64,000 nt of DNA from contig CAJFCJ010000015.1 of NCBI GenBank assembly GCA_904063045.1, positions 496,001 through 560,000 on the forward strand, written 5' to 3'. The notes under the pieces are model-generated. The model did no database searches and was not told where the DNA came from. It worked only from the letters and a program-made list of their open reading frames with translations. Within the stretch, counting starts at the first letter, position 1; each line of letters opens with the position of its first letter. This document shows positions 1 to 14,194 of this stretch, piece after piece. Origin of the DNA: Dimorphilus gyrociliatus (lineage: Eukaryota; Animalia; Annelida). The position numbers were made by a program, and so were the translations under genes.

Positions 1-2562
1 GGAGCGATGAAGCATCAATTATTTCCATTAATAAATTATTAATCGTCTCCCAAGTTTTTTTTTAATTAGTGTTAGAAAGTTAATTATTTACAATCGAAAA
101 TATTATTAAACTTATTATAATATATTACTTAGGATACAAGTCACTAAATTTTTAACATTATGTACAAAGGAAAGAGTTTAGTTTATCATATATATATATA
201 TACAGTATTATATAATAACGTTATATTTTATAAGTCATAACCTTTATAAGAAATGTATATATTTATATAAATATATACAAATTAGTAGTTTTTACTTTTA
301 TCTTTTAGCCTATATACTAAAACATTTATTTATATTTGTTTAAATATGAACTTTATATCAAAAAAGAGATAAACAATATAGCCTATATATATTTTTGGCA
401 AATAGTTCTAAAAATTATTATTGCCCTTTCTCTCTGTTTCTTCTTCAATATCCATATAGATTTCTCATTTTGTTGTTATTCTATTTGATAAAAAAAACCT
501 TACAGTCCTAAATCCCATAACATTATATGAATAAATTATCTAGAATGATAGAATACTTTACAGAGACTAAATTTGAGATTATAAACACATACATATATAC
601 AAACGTGTATATATATACTGGCTAAAGAAATCATCTATTGCCAAACATAATATTTATGGCCTATTAAATCACTGCTGGTAACATTTAAACTAAAAATATT
701 AACAGTATTCATTTGATATTTTTTTTATATATATTAAGAGTTTATTTAGAGAGATAAAAACAAATACGTAATCAATACGTAATCTTAAATACCCATGATT
801 ATAGAATTGGAATTTTATTTGAAAATAATAATAACATACTCAAATTTCATTATTTTTTCATTATATCTTATCTGAATATTAAGTTTCGTATCAATATGCG
901 TTTTGTTTTCGTAAGATATTTTCCGTAAATATAACATTCTATCTTGTAAAAGAAAGAATATTTCTCCAATTCCTTTTTAACTTGTCTAAATAAATGGTGA
1001 TAGGAAATCAAGACTTTAAGCTATAACGATTACTCAATAACGCTACATTGATGGAACTGATTAGGTCAATTCAAAATCGATTGGTCAATTATTCCTCAAG
1101 ATTCATAATAGATGAAAAATAATCAATTACAATACTAAAATATATAGTATTGAGAAAAACAATATGCAAGTAAATATATATTTGTTATATGAGGAAAAAG
1201 GAAGCAATAAGCTAGAGAAAATGTACAAATATAAGAAAGAGTAGATAATTGCATTTCCTTATACTTTAGATTATAAAATACATCAGAATTTAGTGAGTTG
1301 GGGATATTTTCTTACTATTATTCCGTTATAGAAAATTTCTATTAGTTCTCTTTTCTCTAATCAAATGTAACTAAGTGAAAGAGAAATTTGTCAAACACAT
1401 AGTGAACAAATTTACGAATGAGAAAGGATTGATCAGAAACAACGAGAATAGAAGACAAAGAAGAGAGGGAAAAAAGATGATAGTATCCTGTGTATCGGGA
1501 TGAAAAATGTTAAGTTTTATTAGAAAATGAGGCGTAAGTAAATAAGCAGTTACGCATCAATCGTTTATACGCCATTCCAATGAATCAGGTACATAATTTC
1601 TTATATGTATATATCATTGTAAATTAACAAAGACCTTTAGAAATAACATAATAATTATATTATTAAGAGCATACCAATCATTATTAAAGATTAACGTATT
1701 TCTGTAGGTATACTAAATATAAATTTAAATAGAAGGACAAATTATATAACCTTTCTATTATTAGCATAAACTTTTATATAGGACTATATTTTATATATAA
1801 TTTTAAAACAAATAAACAACGTACTTGTATACTTGTGTTTTTAAAGATATATATACATATAGATACATTCTCATAGGTAAATGAAGAATTGGTTTTATTT
1901 GTAATTTTAGTGTAAAATTTACAGTTATTACAACAAGTATATATAATAATAAAGTAATATGATACAAAGGGAAGATAGACAAAAAGAAAGAAAGATGAAT
2001 AAAATAAAAAAGCACTTGTTTTGGTTAAAGTGAAGGCCAAAATGAAAAGGAAATTTTAGTAAAAATGTTAAATATGTTATATCTTGTTTATTTAGGATAA
2101 AGTGCATTCTTTTTAGTCCTAAATCTATTACTGAGGTTTCGTTTTCAAACCAAAGTGGAAATATTTTTCAAAATAACTTTATATTGAAATTATATAGTAT
2201 GTTTTAATAATAATTCAACATATTTTCCCACTTTAATATTCATGTAATCTCAAACACGATGCTATTTTTCTTATTATTTACTTTAACTATTTGCTTTTCT
2301 CTCATCACAAATAAGCCGACAATATAAAAAAAACTGATGGGATAAAATTCTGTGTCACATGATTCCTGATCTAGTAGAAATAGATATTTTTATTTATTTA
2401 TTACGTAAGATAAGTCAATGAACCTATTGGTTTTATTGTAAATATAACATCTCATAAATACTATAGGTGGCGTTCATTTTTTATTTGGCTCAGTATTCCG
2501 CTTTGAGTTTTTAAAAGCTTCCTACATTAAGCACCAGTTTTTAAACCATGTTAAAACTCTCT

Positions 2563-2574
2563 GACGCATGCGCA
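2563..2574. promoter_or_regulatory. NRF1/EWG-like site in fem-1 promoter
   Basis: GACGCATGCGCA lies ~65 bp upstream of the predicted ATG (2639) and is close to the NRF1 consensus TGCGCATGCGCA; a GC-rich word in very AT-rich DNA. Confidence 0.4.
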
Positions 2575-2638
2575 GCTATATTACTGGAAAAAAAATTAGA
2601 CAATACATTTTCGCAGGACAGCAAACAATCAGGACGTG

Positions 2639-4585
2639 ATGTGCTCAGAGAGCGCAAGTGAACTACATGTAACTATGATAATTTCAAAATGTCATTTTTA
2701 TTATTTATGGATTTTTGTTAATTGTTCAATTTTTTCTCCAATTGTAGAGACTTATCAAATTGGATAGTCTTGTTAAGGCCAAGCTAATTCTTAAAAATTA
2801 CAAGAAATATGATAAACAAAAAATTGTAAATGAACTTGTTAAAGATGTCACCGCTCTCTTTTTGGCTGCGGTTGAAGGTCGTGTAACTTTTGTTCACTAC
2901 CTGATTGAAGAATGCAATGCAGATTTAGAAAAGCCTGGTATATTTGTTGTAGCACAAGATAAGGGTAGGCATAAAGTCACACCTCTATGGGCAGCAGCCG
3001 TCTCAAATCATTTAGAGGTAGTCAAAATTTTACTGAAAGCTGGTGCTCATGTGAACGCCTTATCGGACACTGGTTAGAGCCATTGTTCATTAATATACTG
3101 ATCAAGTTACCCATAATATTTGATTTTAATTAAACAGGGTCCACTCCAGTTCGATCAGCCTGCTATATGACTAACATCGATGTAATTAAGACTTTAATTG
3201 AATATGGAGCTGATATTCACAAAGCTAACAAAAATGGTGGAACCTGTCTCATAAATGCAGTTCAGAGTGCTGAACTATGCCAAATACTCGTCGATCAAGG
3301 AGTCGCTTTAGATAAGGCAGATATGTCCGGCAATGTAGCGCTACATTACGCTGTAAAAGAAGGTAGAATTGATAGTGTAAGACTTCTACTTCGGTACGGA
3401 GCTGATGTACATATAAAAAATGAGAATGGTGATGATGTAATTAGAACTGCCGCTCTAAGGTGCCAGATAGAAATAGTCGAACTTATACACGACGAAGCAC
3501 ATACATCAGATACGGAATATGCCGAAGCTCTGGACTTGCTTGGTGCTCAATTGATGGACGAAAATCATGATTTATCAACAGCAATGACAATATGGGGTAA
3601 GGCTATCGACTATCGTATAGAAAAGAGTTTGCAATTTGTAAAACCATCCGAGCCAATTCCTGCCTATAATTACGCAAGTGGCGTCGAAAATCGACAAGAC
3701 TTGGATAATCTTTTGGAATCTCCTGATAAACTTTATATGCAAGCGCTATTACTCAGACAAGAAATCTTGGGGCCAAGACATCGCGACACTCTCTTTGGTT
3801 TAATGTATAGAGGAGCCGTCTACGCTGATAATAGGAATTTTGAACAATGCGTAAGAATATGGCTACATGGTCTAAAGTTAAGAAAAGAATGCTGTAACTC
3901 ATTTCATGAATGCGCTTTTGCCTTACAAGCATTAACCAAACTTTTCTGGGAAATGACTGATAAAATTGACCAGAAAAATTTACGCGAAGTCATTGATATT
4001 GCTATAGATCAAATGAAATTGTCGAGTAGCAAAGAAAATGGAGACATAATCATAAAACTATTAACTCATCAACTAATTTTAGTAAGAGAATGTGACTTAC
4101 CTGAAATTTTAAAGCCTATTAGCAATTTTAAGAGAAACTCTGGTTTAAACCTAGTTCATTGTGTTGTAAACAGTAATTATTCGAATGTTGCAGACGAATT
4201 TTTCTCAATTTTACCAAACTGTTCACTTTTAAGATCTTTGGTCTACAGCGGAGCAGACTGTGATGTTCTCTACGATGGCCGTACACCTTTACAAGTAGTT
4301 GTAAATGATTTGTTATATGCCAAAAATGACGATATGAAGAGATCTATCCTAATCGACGCTGCAAAAATATTATTAGACGAGGGAGATGCTCACTTTGATT
4401 TACATGATTCTGTTACAAACACAAATACTGGTGATCAAATTTTAAAACTTGTACCTGGGCAATTTTGCCCTCTAAAATATGTAGGACTAAAATGTTTAGC
4501 GGCTAGAGTCGTTAAACGATTTCTTCATAACTTATCTGCAGAAGATCTTCCACAGGTTCTGATTCATTATGTTTCTATGCACTAG
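2639..4585 (+). CDS. Fem-1 family ankyrin-repeat CRL2 substrate receptor (fem-1 homolog C-like)
   Basis: Exons 2639-2668, 2748-3072 and 3138-4585 join in frame at GT..AG sites. Ankyrin repeats (TPLWAAAVSNHLEVVKILL, GSTPVRSACYM, GGTCLINAV, ALHYAV), Fem-1 signature ALDLLGA...EILGPRH...YRGAVYAD...CVRIWLH, and a C-terminal LKCLAARVV BC/Cul2-box-like motif. Confidence 0.9.
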
Positions 4586-4643
4586 TTTTATCTTAGGAAG
4601 ACGCTATTTTTCTTCCTTCTAAAAACATCTTTAAATGTTGTTT

Positions 4644-4646
<3 letters not shown>

Positions 4647-4678
<32 letters not shown>

Positions 4679-4702
4679 TAGTATATATATATATATATAT
4701 AT
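4647..4702. repeat. (TA)n microsatellite
   Basis: Long, interrupted TA dinucleotide run after the fem-1 stop. Similar runs occur near 5156-5187, 30180-30230, 31387-31419, 34740-34850, 35217-35246 and 39916-39968. Confidence 0.9.
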
Positions 4703-5153
4703 TGCTACTCGGGTTTTGAAACATTTTATTTAAATTTTAATCATTTTCAATTTCCATATAACCAGTTTTTTTCTGGGTTTGATTTTATCTATAATATTCA
4801 GGATATTTACAACATTTTTTTGCGACATTGTATTTTAGATAAATGCATGAAATCATATACATAAGCCAAACAAAAAAACTATTGACTTTTATATTGAAAG
4901 AAAACAAACTTTTTGTCATTTGTCTATAAAAAGAGAACAAAACAAAACAGAAACTAACAGCCAACTCTTTTCAGTTAGCATAACTTCAATAATACTAATA
5001 ATATTAATAATTAATCCGCGAATCAATTTGTTGGTTTATAAACCTCATTTTTTACATGTTTATTTATAGTTTTTATGAGAATGTCGTTCTGCAACGATAA
5101 AGTTAGAAGGTAGAAAAGGCTTTAGTATCTTTTTTTTAAAACCCCTGTAAGCA

Positions 5154-5189
<36 letters not shown>

Positions 5190-6343
5190 AAATTTATATT
5201 TATAGAAATATATATCTATATATATATATATATGTATATACTGTAGAAGTATATGTGAATATTCCTACACACATATATGTACAGTATATATATGTTGCAC
5301 ATTTTATGCTCTTTTATTTAGTTTATTAAAAAAAACTTACTATGCATCCACAGGATAATACCTTTAAAAATAAAAAAAATTGAGGGATGCCTATGATTTT
5401 ATCCTATAAATTATTTTAATGCATTTAATGAAGATGGCGCTAAAATTTCCGTTTTTAACGACATCTGGGACTAGAGACCTTCTTTGTGGCAGTTTTAAAA
5501 AAGCTGTTTAGTATATCGTGCGTGCCAGTGCCTAAATGAATTATTACAATATAAACAATGCAAAATCCTTCTAAGCTAAACCATGTCTTCAGACAAAGAC
5601 TTTATATTTCTCTTTTTGAGTACTTTTAGAAGGTAGTATTCATTTTTTATCAGTTATACACTATTCATTCTTAAGTAATCTCTAAATGGAGTCCCTCCCT
5701 CTCTCTCCCTCTCTCTCTCTCTCTCTTTCACTTTCTGTCTCCCAAAAATATCCTAAGATGATAGGAGAGATTTTTTTTAATATAGGACGAACAAAAGAGA
5801 AAAGTATATTTGCATTAAAGGCAAAAGGACTTGGATGCTGTAAAGGGAAAATCTTTTTTATTATTCTATCTTGTTAAATACTGCTAACGGTTGAGGGAGC
5901 ACGAACAACCTAACGGTAAAATAAGGGTTAATGAAAAACAATAAAAAGACGAAAAATAAATTAAAACACTTCCGTTTATCAGTATAATTACTGAAAATGA
6001 AAAAAAAAATAGAACGCGTATTTGGACAGGTACAGTTCACTTTCACGATTTCCTACTTATTTCCTGGTTAAAGGAGATTTTATACCTTTACGCGTCTGGA
6101 GTATAACTAAAAATGTATGGTGTCAGGTTTTGTTTAAGCTACGCTAATATTTTCTTTGAATTATTCTTACTTTATACACCTGCGAAAAGATATTCCTCAC
6201 CTTATTCAACATTAACTGCACGCCATCTATTGGTTTATGTTATCCATATTTTTTGGTTGATATTCTTACCTATATTATATTGTGCAAACTTTACAATTTG
6301 ATCAGGTGATGAAAATTGATAAAACAGCAGCAAGCAGCGCAAA

Positions 6344-7288
6344 ATGTCGTTTGGTGAATATTTGAACAGCAGAGTTAGTAAAGAGGCTGTAAGTTAATTT
6401 ACCTAAATAAAAGAAACCTTTAACTGTTATTGCCAAACCTTAATAAAGGGTTAAAGGCTTTAGAATAGACTTTAGACGGATTGTACAACTTTTAATACGC
6501 CTATGTTTAAGAATGTAATAAATGATAGTAAAACAATGTCTTTCGATCACTTTTTTTATCATTTTAAGACTTGTAGATATCTACATTATAAATATATTAG
6601 TAATATATACAGTATAAATTTATATATATACTGTATACATATATACTGCAATGCCTAACACATTGCTACTATATAGGCTACGTATATTTTACGTATTATA
6701 GGAAAGCTTAAACGTTCCTTCTTACGAATATTACGTCAGAAATGTACATATTTTATATCTGTGTAAACATCATTTTTAGTTATACTTTGCATATCAGTCT
6801 TATTCTATTTATATTTATATATATAATATATATGCATATATTTAAACATCCATATTATAATCGTTATTTATACAATATGTGAAATGAATACTTTTTTTTC
6901 CGCCCTCTTCAAAAGAGGGATGCTAGAAGGCAAAAGAGGGCTCTAAGGGTCAGTTCGATAATGAAGAAATCGGATGAGCTTATCGATATTTTTATAGAAT
7001 TAGAAAGAATCGGCAATGAACCAGGATTCTCTTTAAGATTAAATAACAAGCACGAATTTACTATAAATGATGTTGCAGAAGGTAATATATATATTTAAAG
7101 AAATATAGATTTATTTATACAAATTTTTATAAACGAAATAGTTAATAATAACGTTTTAAAATGAAACGGATAAATTAATCGATAAAGAATGAAGCTAAGA
7201 GACATTCATTCATGAATATTAAAAATTCAAAAATAAGAAAAATCTTATATGCATATAATTTAAATTGTAATTTTGGAAAAAAATTGAG

Positions 7289-7335
<47 letters not shown>

Positions 7336-10300
7336 CATTGAGAGGGACAAAAATTCTGATTAGATATATCTAGTTGTACAGCTTTAAAGAAATCTTAAAT
7401 ATTACCGTATTCCGTTGTATTATATGATTTATTGTATTGAATTATATATACTGTATATAGTTTTCATTTAACACTCAATAAGCTAAAAAAAAGAAAAATA
7501 TTATTTTAAGACTATGAATTCATAAGATTTATAGTGTGCATGCTGCATGGAAATAATCGAGATTGCCAGGATTTCTCAGTTGCAGTTGAAGATTATTATA
7601 GGCCTGTAGTTTAGTATTTGAAGCTAAGGACTCAGGTTTTACTGAGAAGGCTAATTTTATCCTGATTATACGGCTAATTGTTTTAATTTATCCGCTTTTA
7701 TCCGGAGGCTATAATCATAGAATAATTAAGCGTGTAGGGGGAGGGAAAAGCAGTGAAGATATTAGCGTCGACAAAAATCTATGTATAAATAGGCGTAATA
7801 TAATTTCGGCGGACAAACACGCGCTATAAACGCCACCTGCCGATAAAATCGCCCCCGTCGTCTAAGAGAGAGAGAAGAGAGGAGGAGACGATGCGCGATC
7901 TTTCAGGCTACGTCATTTTGATTGCAGAAAGTTCAGAAGGGAAAATAAAGCTTTACGGTAAGGCTCTAAACACTTGTTCATTCCACAATTTACGATTTTG
8001 TAGTAAGAAGGAAAAAATTCGATAAACTAAATTACATAAAGGTTCTACTCAATATATTCGTCTTTGATGCGCCAACGACGTTTCGACCTTATTCTTTAAG
8101 CCTTTGCCTTACAGTAGTTATTTTATTCTTATATATTCTAACAAATTTTTGGTTAGCATCTGCGTCGAACTGCTTTGAAGTGTTATCGAACTCAGTAAAT
8201 CTTCGCGCCGGAATTTTTCGAACGTTATCGATTGCCTACGCCTATATTTTTTTGTGTATGGTATATTTATGGATGGAGAGTATCTCCCTCTCCGAAAAGT
8301 CATCACGCTGAAAACTCGCTGAACCGTATCGAACTGATACGTTAGCCGCTTATGAACAAAGTGATTGATGCTTATCCTTTCTATTAGTTTGGGGCTGAAA
8401 ACAGTTTCGCTCCATTGCATTAGTAAACTTTACCTCTGTCTTTGTCAACGACTATTTCCGGTGTCGTTCAGTTCGTTATCGAGCGTCCCTTTAAATGTTC
8501 GTCTTGGGATTGACACTCAAGAGACTATTTCTAGCCTAATATTCCCTATTCCTTCATGTTTCTTCTGAAGAGATTAGCGGAACTATCTATCGCCTTTCTT
8601 TTCAGGGTCGCCCGCTAACCGAGCCAATTTACAAGCAGGGGATGAAGTTGTCGCTGTCAATGGACAAAGTTTAAGAGATGCAACGCACGCGGAAGTTACC
8701 GAATATATTCACAAGGTTAGGCTCTTACTCTATCCCTTTAAACTCTTCTCCTTTGATGATTAGTTGCGCCACCTGACGGCCACAACAAACATCATACAAC
8801 GTTCCAAAACAATAGTTATATACATCTCACGAAATTTGTAATTCCCGCCTAATTATTTTCGTATGAAGCGATATATAAATTTTATTTTCTCCCACAAGAA
8901 AATTTATACCAAATTTGAAACAAAGATATAATACCAGACACTTTATCCTACTTCTAACTACGAAAGATTAGATAATGCCCGCCATTTTAAAATTGTCTAG
9001 TGGCGCAGCTGCAGGTAGTGTGCGATGCTTGGTCGTTTTTAAGCGGGATCAAGCCGCGTTTAAAGGCGATCGATAAGATCCCATTCACTCTATGCGTTCG
9101 CTCCATCTAGCGAAGATTACGATTCTGGCCGGCAAACATTTCTCGGCATAAGCCGTTTTAACTTCACTTCGCTCACCTTGCTGGCCAATTAACGTTCTGT
9201 TTCTACTAATATTACAGTGTATAAAATCTCGAACAATACAACTACGAGTGAAAAGGAATACAGGAAACGGAGAGCTGGGTAAGTCAAAATTTTACTTGAA
9301 AACTACAGTACTCATGCTTATATTATTATATAATAAAATCAAGGGCGTTTGTAATTACATAATCTTCCCAAAACAATTATTGTATTTCTATTCGGAAAAC
9401 GATTAAATAAGTTTTCGTTTGTTTACGATTCGTTGTACCGGATATTGACGTTTGGCCTCCATTGTTGTTTTGGCTTTGGAAAGGACGCTATGTTATGAAT
9501 AAACTTAGACGATTTCTCTAGTAAATGTATTGAAAAATAGTCTCAATATCGCTTCTTTTGTAAGCAGAAGCTTGAAATGGCCCCATACACAAAAGATCAT
9601 CTTACCATTGACACAAAAACATCGCCTCTATTTTAGTTTCACCTATTCTCTGCCTTTTATACTATTGGTATCTTCAGCAAAATAACCCATTTAACAGTCA
9701 CTATTTGCTTTTTTAATTATACCAGAAGTGTAATTGAGTAAACGTATCGATTCCGCCACTGTCAATTGAAGTTGGGGGCCAACCTAAGTGATAAGATAAG
9801 ATGCTTTTTGTCTACAGAATTGATCGTTCGAATAAATGAGATTTAGTCAAGGGGTCAAGCCAAGTGTCATTCGACATTATTGAGCTTCCATCTTCTGGTA
9901 GAAACCTCTTGTTCGAGTTAAAAAATAAATAGGAATGAAATAAATTTAAGCCTATACAAAATTGAGATTCCTGCATGAATCATGTGATAAAAACGTTAAA
10001 TATGCTACAGTTCACGGGGGGTATAATTTACTGTGTATTTAAAATTTGATGCTAAAAGGACATTCGTGTTTAGGTTGAAAATTGATGAAATAATCGATTA
10101 TGAGGTTTTAGAAAATTGTAGACCAAACAATTCCCTCTACAATTAAAGAATTGAATGTTTGCCAAAAGCTTTAGTCATTAATTACCGACCAATGGAATTT
10201 AAAAATACACAAATCTAATGGATTTTCCTTTCTATTCGCAAATCTATTCAACTATTAGAGAGTTTGGGAGGCAGAGAGAAAAAAAGGCTACTAATAAATA

Positions 10301-13159
10301 AAACAAAGGCGTTTAGATTTTCACCGGAAGTTTGTAAACTAATTAAGGATGGTACAAGAGAGACAAGAAATGTTAGGAGGGTAGTAATTTTTTCTCGGGG
10401 CACTCTATTCGAACTTGATAATGAAGGTCCTCGCCAACAAATCGTTTGTAACTTGACTCTAGCCGATCCTCCCCATGTCTAGAAGTTTTGTAGATTAAGT
10501 ACGCATTAGATGTAGGCTGTTAGAGTGGCTTACAAACTGTTTTCGATTAGAGGCGCCCTAACTAATGCATTAGGTTACATCTGTTTATGACATTGTGTTC
10601 GTTAAAAAAAGTTTTATTCTGAATTTTTGTTTTTTTTTTTAGCGAAAGGGGTTGTCATTAAGGACGCTTATGTAATTGCTGTTGAAGAGGAGGCGAAGAA
10701 ACGTTTAGAAGGGTTCTCCAATACGCACAATATACAATTAAAAGATTTGTCAAAGACAGAGGAGGATGAGATGAGGCAAACTGGGGAAGAACACAATGAA
10801 ATGCCGGTTGATTGCGGTTCACCGTTAAAGAGTAATAAAGGCTGGGCAAGATCTACAACGTCTTCGTTAGCAAGCTCAAATACATCAGATATAAACGCTC
10901 CTATGACAGAAGCCGAGAAAGAAAGAGTTGAAAAATATAAAGAAGATTTACGTCGAAAAAGAAAACAACAAGAAAAGCATAAAGAAGAAGAAGACTTTCT
11001 TCGAACATCCCTTAGAGGATCTAAACGCTTACAGCAACTAGAGGAGACCCCTGTTGCTGCACCCGTCCAAGCGGGTATAGTCAATCCTGTATATGAGCAA
11101 AGTTATGACGAATGTGTCGATAGCCCTATCTCACAACATCAAGTGGATACTTTGAAAGTTCGTAGCGAAGGCGTTCAATTATACGGTAAGCGAAAATGTA
11201 TACGCATATAATACTAGATAGGTCCCTCAAGGGAGGAAAGTACGAAAGAAGTGATGAAAGAAATTATTAACGCCTCTTTCCGCCCTTGTCACAAGAGTTA
11301 TAATAAAATCGATAAATAGCCTATGGCAAATCTACATAGTTTTCTTTTACTATATTTTTATAGAAGTTCCCGATATTATGGCATCGATTGCAACAATTCG
11401 GGAACGTTTACCTGCAGCTCATGAAGAGCTCATGAAAGTTTTACGCCTAGTATCAAAGGACAGTTTTGAAAAAGCGTTAAAAATGCATAATTCGGTAGTA
11501 AAGTCAACATTACGAAACCCGCCACCTGTCCCCGAAAGTACATGTTCATTATCCGAACTGGACGATGTTCTTACTTGTGTTTCAAGATCAACAAATCCAT
11601 TTGCCTTAGAATTAGCGAATATTTTACAATCACCTAAAGTTATTTCTTTGTTACAAGCTCATGATGAAATGGCTAAACGTGAAGCTCCAAAGCATCAAAA
11701 GCGTCAGCTCAATAAACAGCAATCACCCCAAAACGGTGAAGTTCGTCCTGAATCTAATGATCAAGTTCTTGAAAAAGTATCCCGTTATGGCGAAGATAGA
11801 ATTAAAATAGTGAGATTGCATAAAACTGCTGATCCCTTGGGAGCAACTGTACGCAATGAAGGCGAATCTGTAATAATTGGGCGAATAGTAAAAGGAGGAG
11901 TTGCTTATCAGTCTAACCTACTTCACGAAGGAGATGAAATATTGGAAATAAATGGCACAGATGTTCGCGGTAAGAGTGTTAATGAAGTATGCGATTTGAT
12001 GGCTAATCTTCACGGTACCTTAACTTTTATTATTGTACCAAGTTCTCGACATAATGATGGATTTATGAATGATTACGGTGAAGAAAAAGAAGAAAAATTT
12101 GTAAGTAGAAGTTACTATATAGTTTGAGTTTTACAACTCATGTTTTTGTACTAATACCAACAGATGCATGTTAGGGCTCATTTTAATTATGATCCTGAAG
12201 ATGATCTATACATTCCATGTAGAGAATTGGGCTTGTCATTCCTCAAGGGCGATATATTGCACGTGATCGATCAAAGTGACCCACACTGGTGGCAGGCCTA
12301 TCGCGAAGGCGAAGACGATCAATCCTTAGCTGGCCTAATACCGTCCCATATGTTTCATACTCAAAGAGAATCGTTGAGACAGCAGACTATCTGTAAAGAC
12401 GAACCAAGAAAAGATAAACTGTGTGCCAGAAAGGCTGTCAAAAAGAAAAAAAAGTATCAGCCAAATAGCGGAGATGGTGATTCGGATGAAATTCCCACTT
12501 ATGAGGAAGTAGTTTCCTACTTACAAGGGGATGAGAAAAGGCCTATAGTCCTTATCGGTCCTTCACACCTGGGTAGATATGAACTGAGGCAAAGACTAAT
12601 TCTAGAGGGTGAAAATGGCAGATTCGGTATAGCGATACCCCATACCAGTAGACCTAAAACGGACAACGATAAAGAAGGAGCCGAGTATCACTTTGTTTCC
12701 AAAGAGGCTTTTGAAGCTGATTTAGCAGCGAATCGTTTTGTTGAATATGGCGAATATGATAACAACACGTACGGCACTACTCTGAATTCTATACGCAAAG
12801 TGATTCGAGAAGGAAAAATCTGCATATTAAATTTATTCCCGCAGAGTTTGCGAATGCTTAGAGCTCCACCCGATATAAGGCCATACGTGATATTCATCCG
12901 ACCTCCAAACCTGGTAAAGCTACGTGCTATTGTAGAAAAACAAACGAAATCTCCGGAACACACTGATGATGAAAAATTGAAGGCGATGATCGACGAAGCT
13001 AGAGAAATGGAGGAAAATTTCGGAGATCTTATTGACACATTTATCGTTATGAATAATATGGATAGCGCGTATAACGAGCTACTGAAAGAAATAAACAAAT
13101 TAGATACTGAAGCCCAATGGGTGCCGAAACATTGGGTCCATAGCGAAAGAGATTCTTGA
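6344..13159 (+). CDS. PALS1: PALS1/MPP5 (Stardust) MAGUK, long form with an additional N-terminal PDZ domain
   Basis: Exon chain with consistent phases: 6344-6388 (tentative), 6916-7081, 8606-8715, 9218-9278, 10643-11185, 11364-12100, 12164-13159. Contains ECR1-like HNEMPVDCG, ECR2-like EEEDFLRTSLRGSKRLQQLE, two L27-like helical regions, PDZ (KTADPLGATVRNEGESVIIGRIVKGG), SH3 (VRAHFNYDPEDDLYIPCRELGLSF), GuK, and a WVPKHWV end. Identity of the 10643-13159 core is firm; the 5' exons are less certain. Confidence 0.85.
7294..7332. repeat. (GA)n microsatellite in Stardust intron
   Basis: Pure GA dinucleotide run of ~19 units; a shorter (CT)n run lies at ~5699-5724. Confidence 0.9.
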
Positions 13160-13629
13160 TAGACTTGTTTGGATTAGACTTATATACAATATAGCGAGCT
13201 TCCGTTTCTGTATATAATATTCATAGCTTTTTTATGACGGATGCAACTGTATCATACTTCTGTCTAGTCAAATAAGACAAAAAACATATCAAACATTTTT
13301 TTACCCTCTTAATTTACTATTTAATCTGTTTTAATCCTTGAAAAATAATTGGAAAAATATTAAATTTTATGATCGTTTATTTGTAGACAGAGTATATTTT
13401 TGTACACATGAGATTTTTCTTTGACTCTTTTTTTCCGTTATTTGATTTAAAAACATGTCTGCTGCATATATTTTACATTAATACATTTTTTAGACAATCT
13501 TTCGAATAATACTGAAATGCTTCTGAAAATACTGAATTTGTCTTTAAAAGTTCATACATCCCATAAAGCTATTATTATGCCATAATAGATAGATAATATA
13601 TTTACTACTTCTTTATCAGAAAGATCCTT

Positions 13630-14194
13630 TTAGAATAGTCTAAATAATCTGTTGGTTAAATACATATCGGACACGTACCTGTGTTTGAAAAGATATTATT
13701 GCACGATTTATATTGGTTAGTAATATTAATATTAAATATTTATGTCTTTTTATAATATACCTCGTCATCGGACTATTGATTTTGGGAAATTCTTTTACAT
13801 CTTCTAATGTATTTTCTGGAGTGGTTGCATCCAAAGTTCCCCAGTTTGGAGGTCGTCTCCTAAGAGCTGAACCTCTTGATGGCATCATCTGCCTGAGAAC
13901 AGACCACTCTTGGCTGCGTGTTGATGGTCTAGAGTTCTCATAAGATTCTATTAAACCTTCTCCGGGTTCTGGTAATTCCGTTCTCGAATTATACCAATTC
14001 TTATCGATCGATGGCAATTTGGAATGGTCGATTATCGGTTTATAGCGAGCAACGGGTTTCATAGATCTAAGATCCGTTGGTACATACCTTTGTACTACCC
14101 AGGTAGTTTCCAAACGAGATTTATCTGTAGGACTTCCATAATTTGGAGCTGTGTGCTTATAAGCTCCGAAATTACCCGAGCTTACCCAAGCCAT
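13630..14194 (-). CDS. Uncharacterised ~160-aa protein, two coding exons
   Basis: Exon 14194-13761 and exon 13678-13630 are joined by an 82-nt GT..CAG intron in phase 2, giving ...KINSPMTRYVSDMYLTNRLFRLF*. Composition is protein-like, but I cannot name the family. Confidence 0.75.

Noticed and set aside
1-2460. Possible genes in the AT-rich start (ORFs 1774-2040 and 1803-2015; a short open stretch at 1-50)
   Set aside because: Translations are F/Y/I/L-rich products of AT-rich DNA with no recognisable motif or consistent splice chain.
5686-5877. 63-aa ORF MESLPLSPSLSLSLSLS...
   Set aside because: Reads through a (CT)n microsatellite; no coding signal.
9279-10642. Possible nested exons in Stardust intron 4 (ORF 10264-10482; minus-strand HGEDRLESSYKR stretch; PDZ-only terminal exon at ~9818)
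   Set aside because: Many partial splice-like signals, but no phase-consistent model with a start codon; indistinguishable from chance without RNA data.
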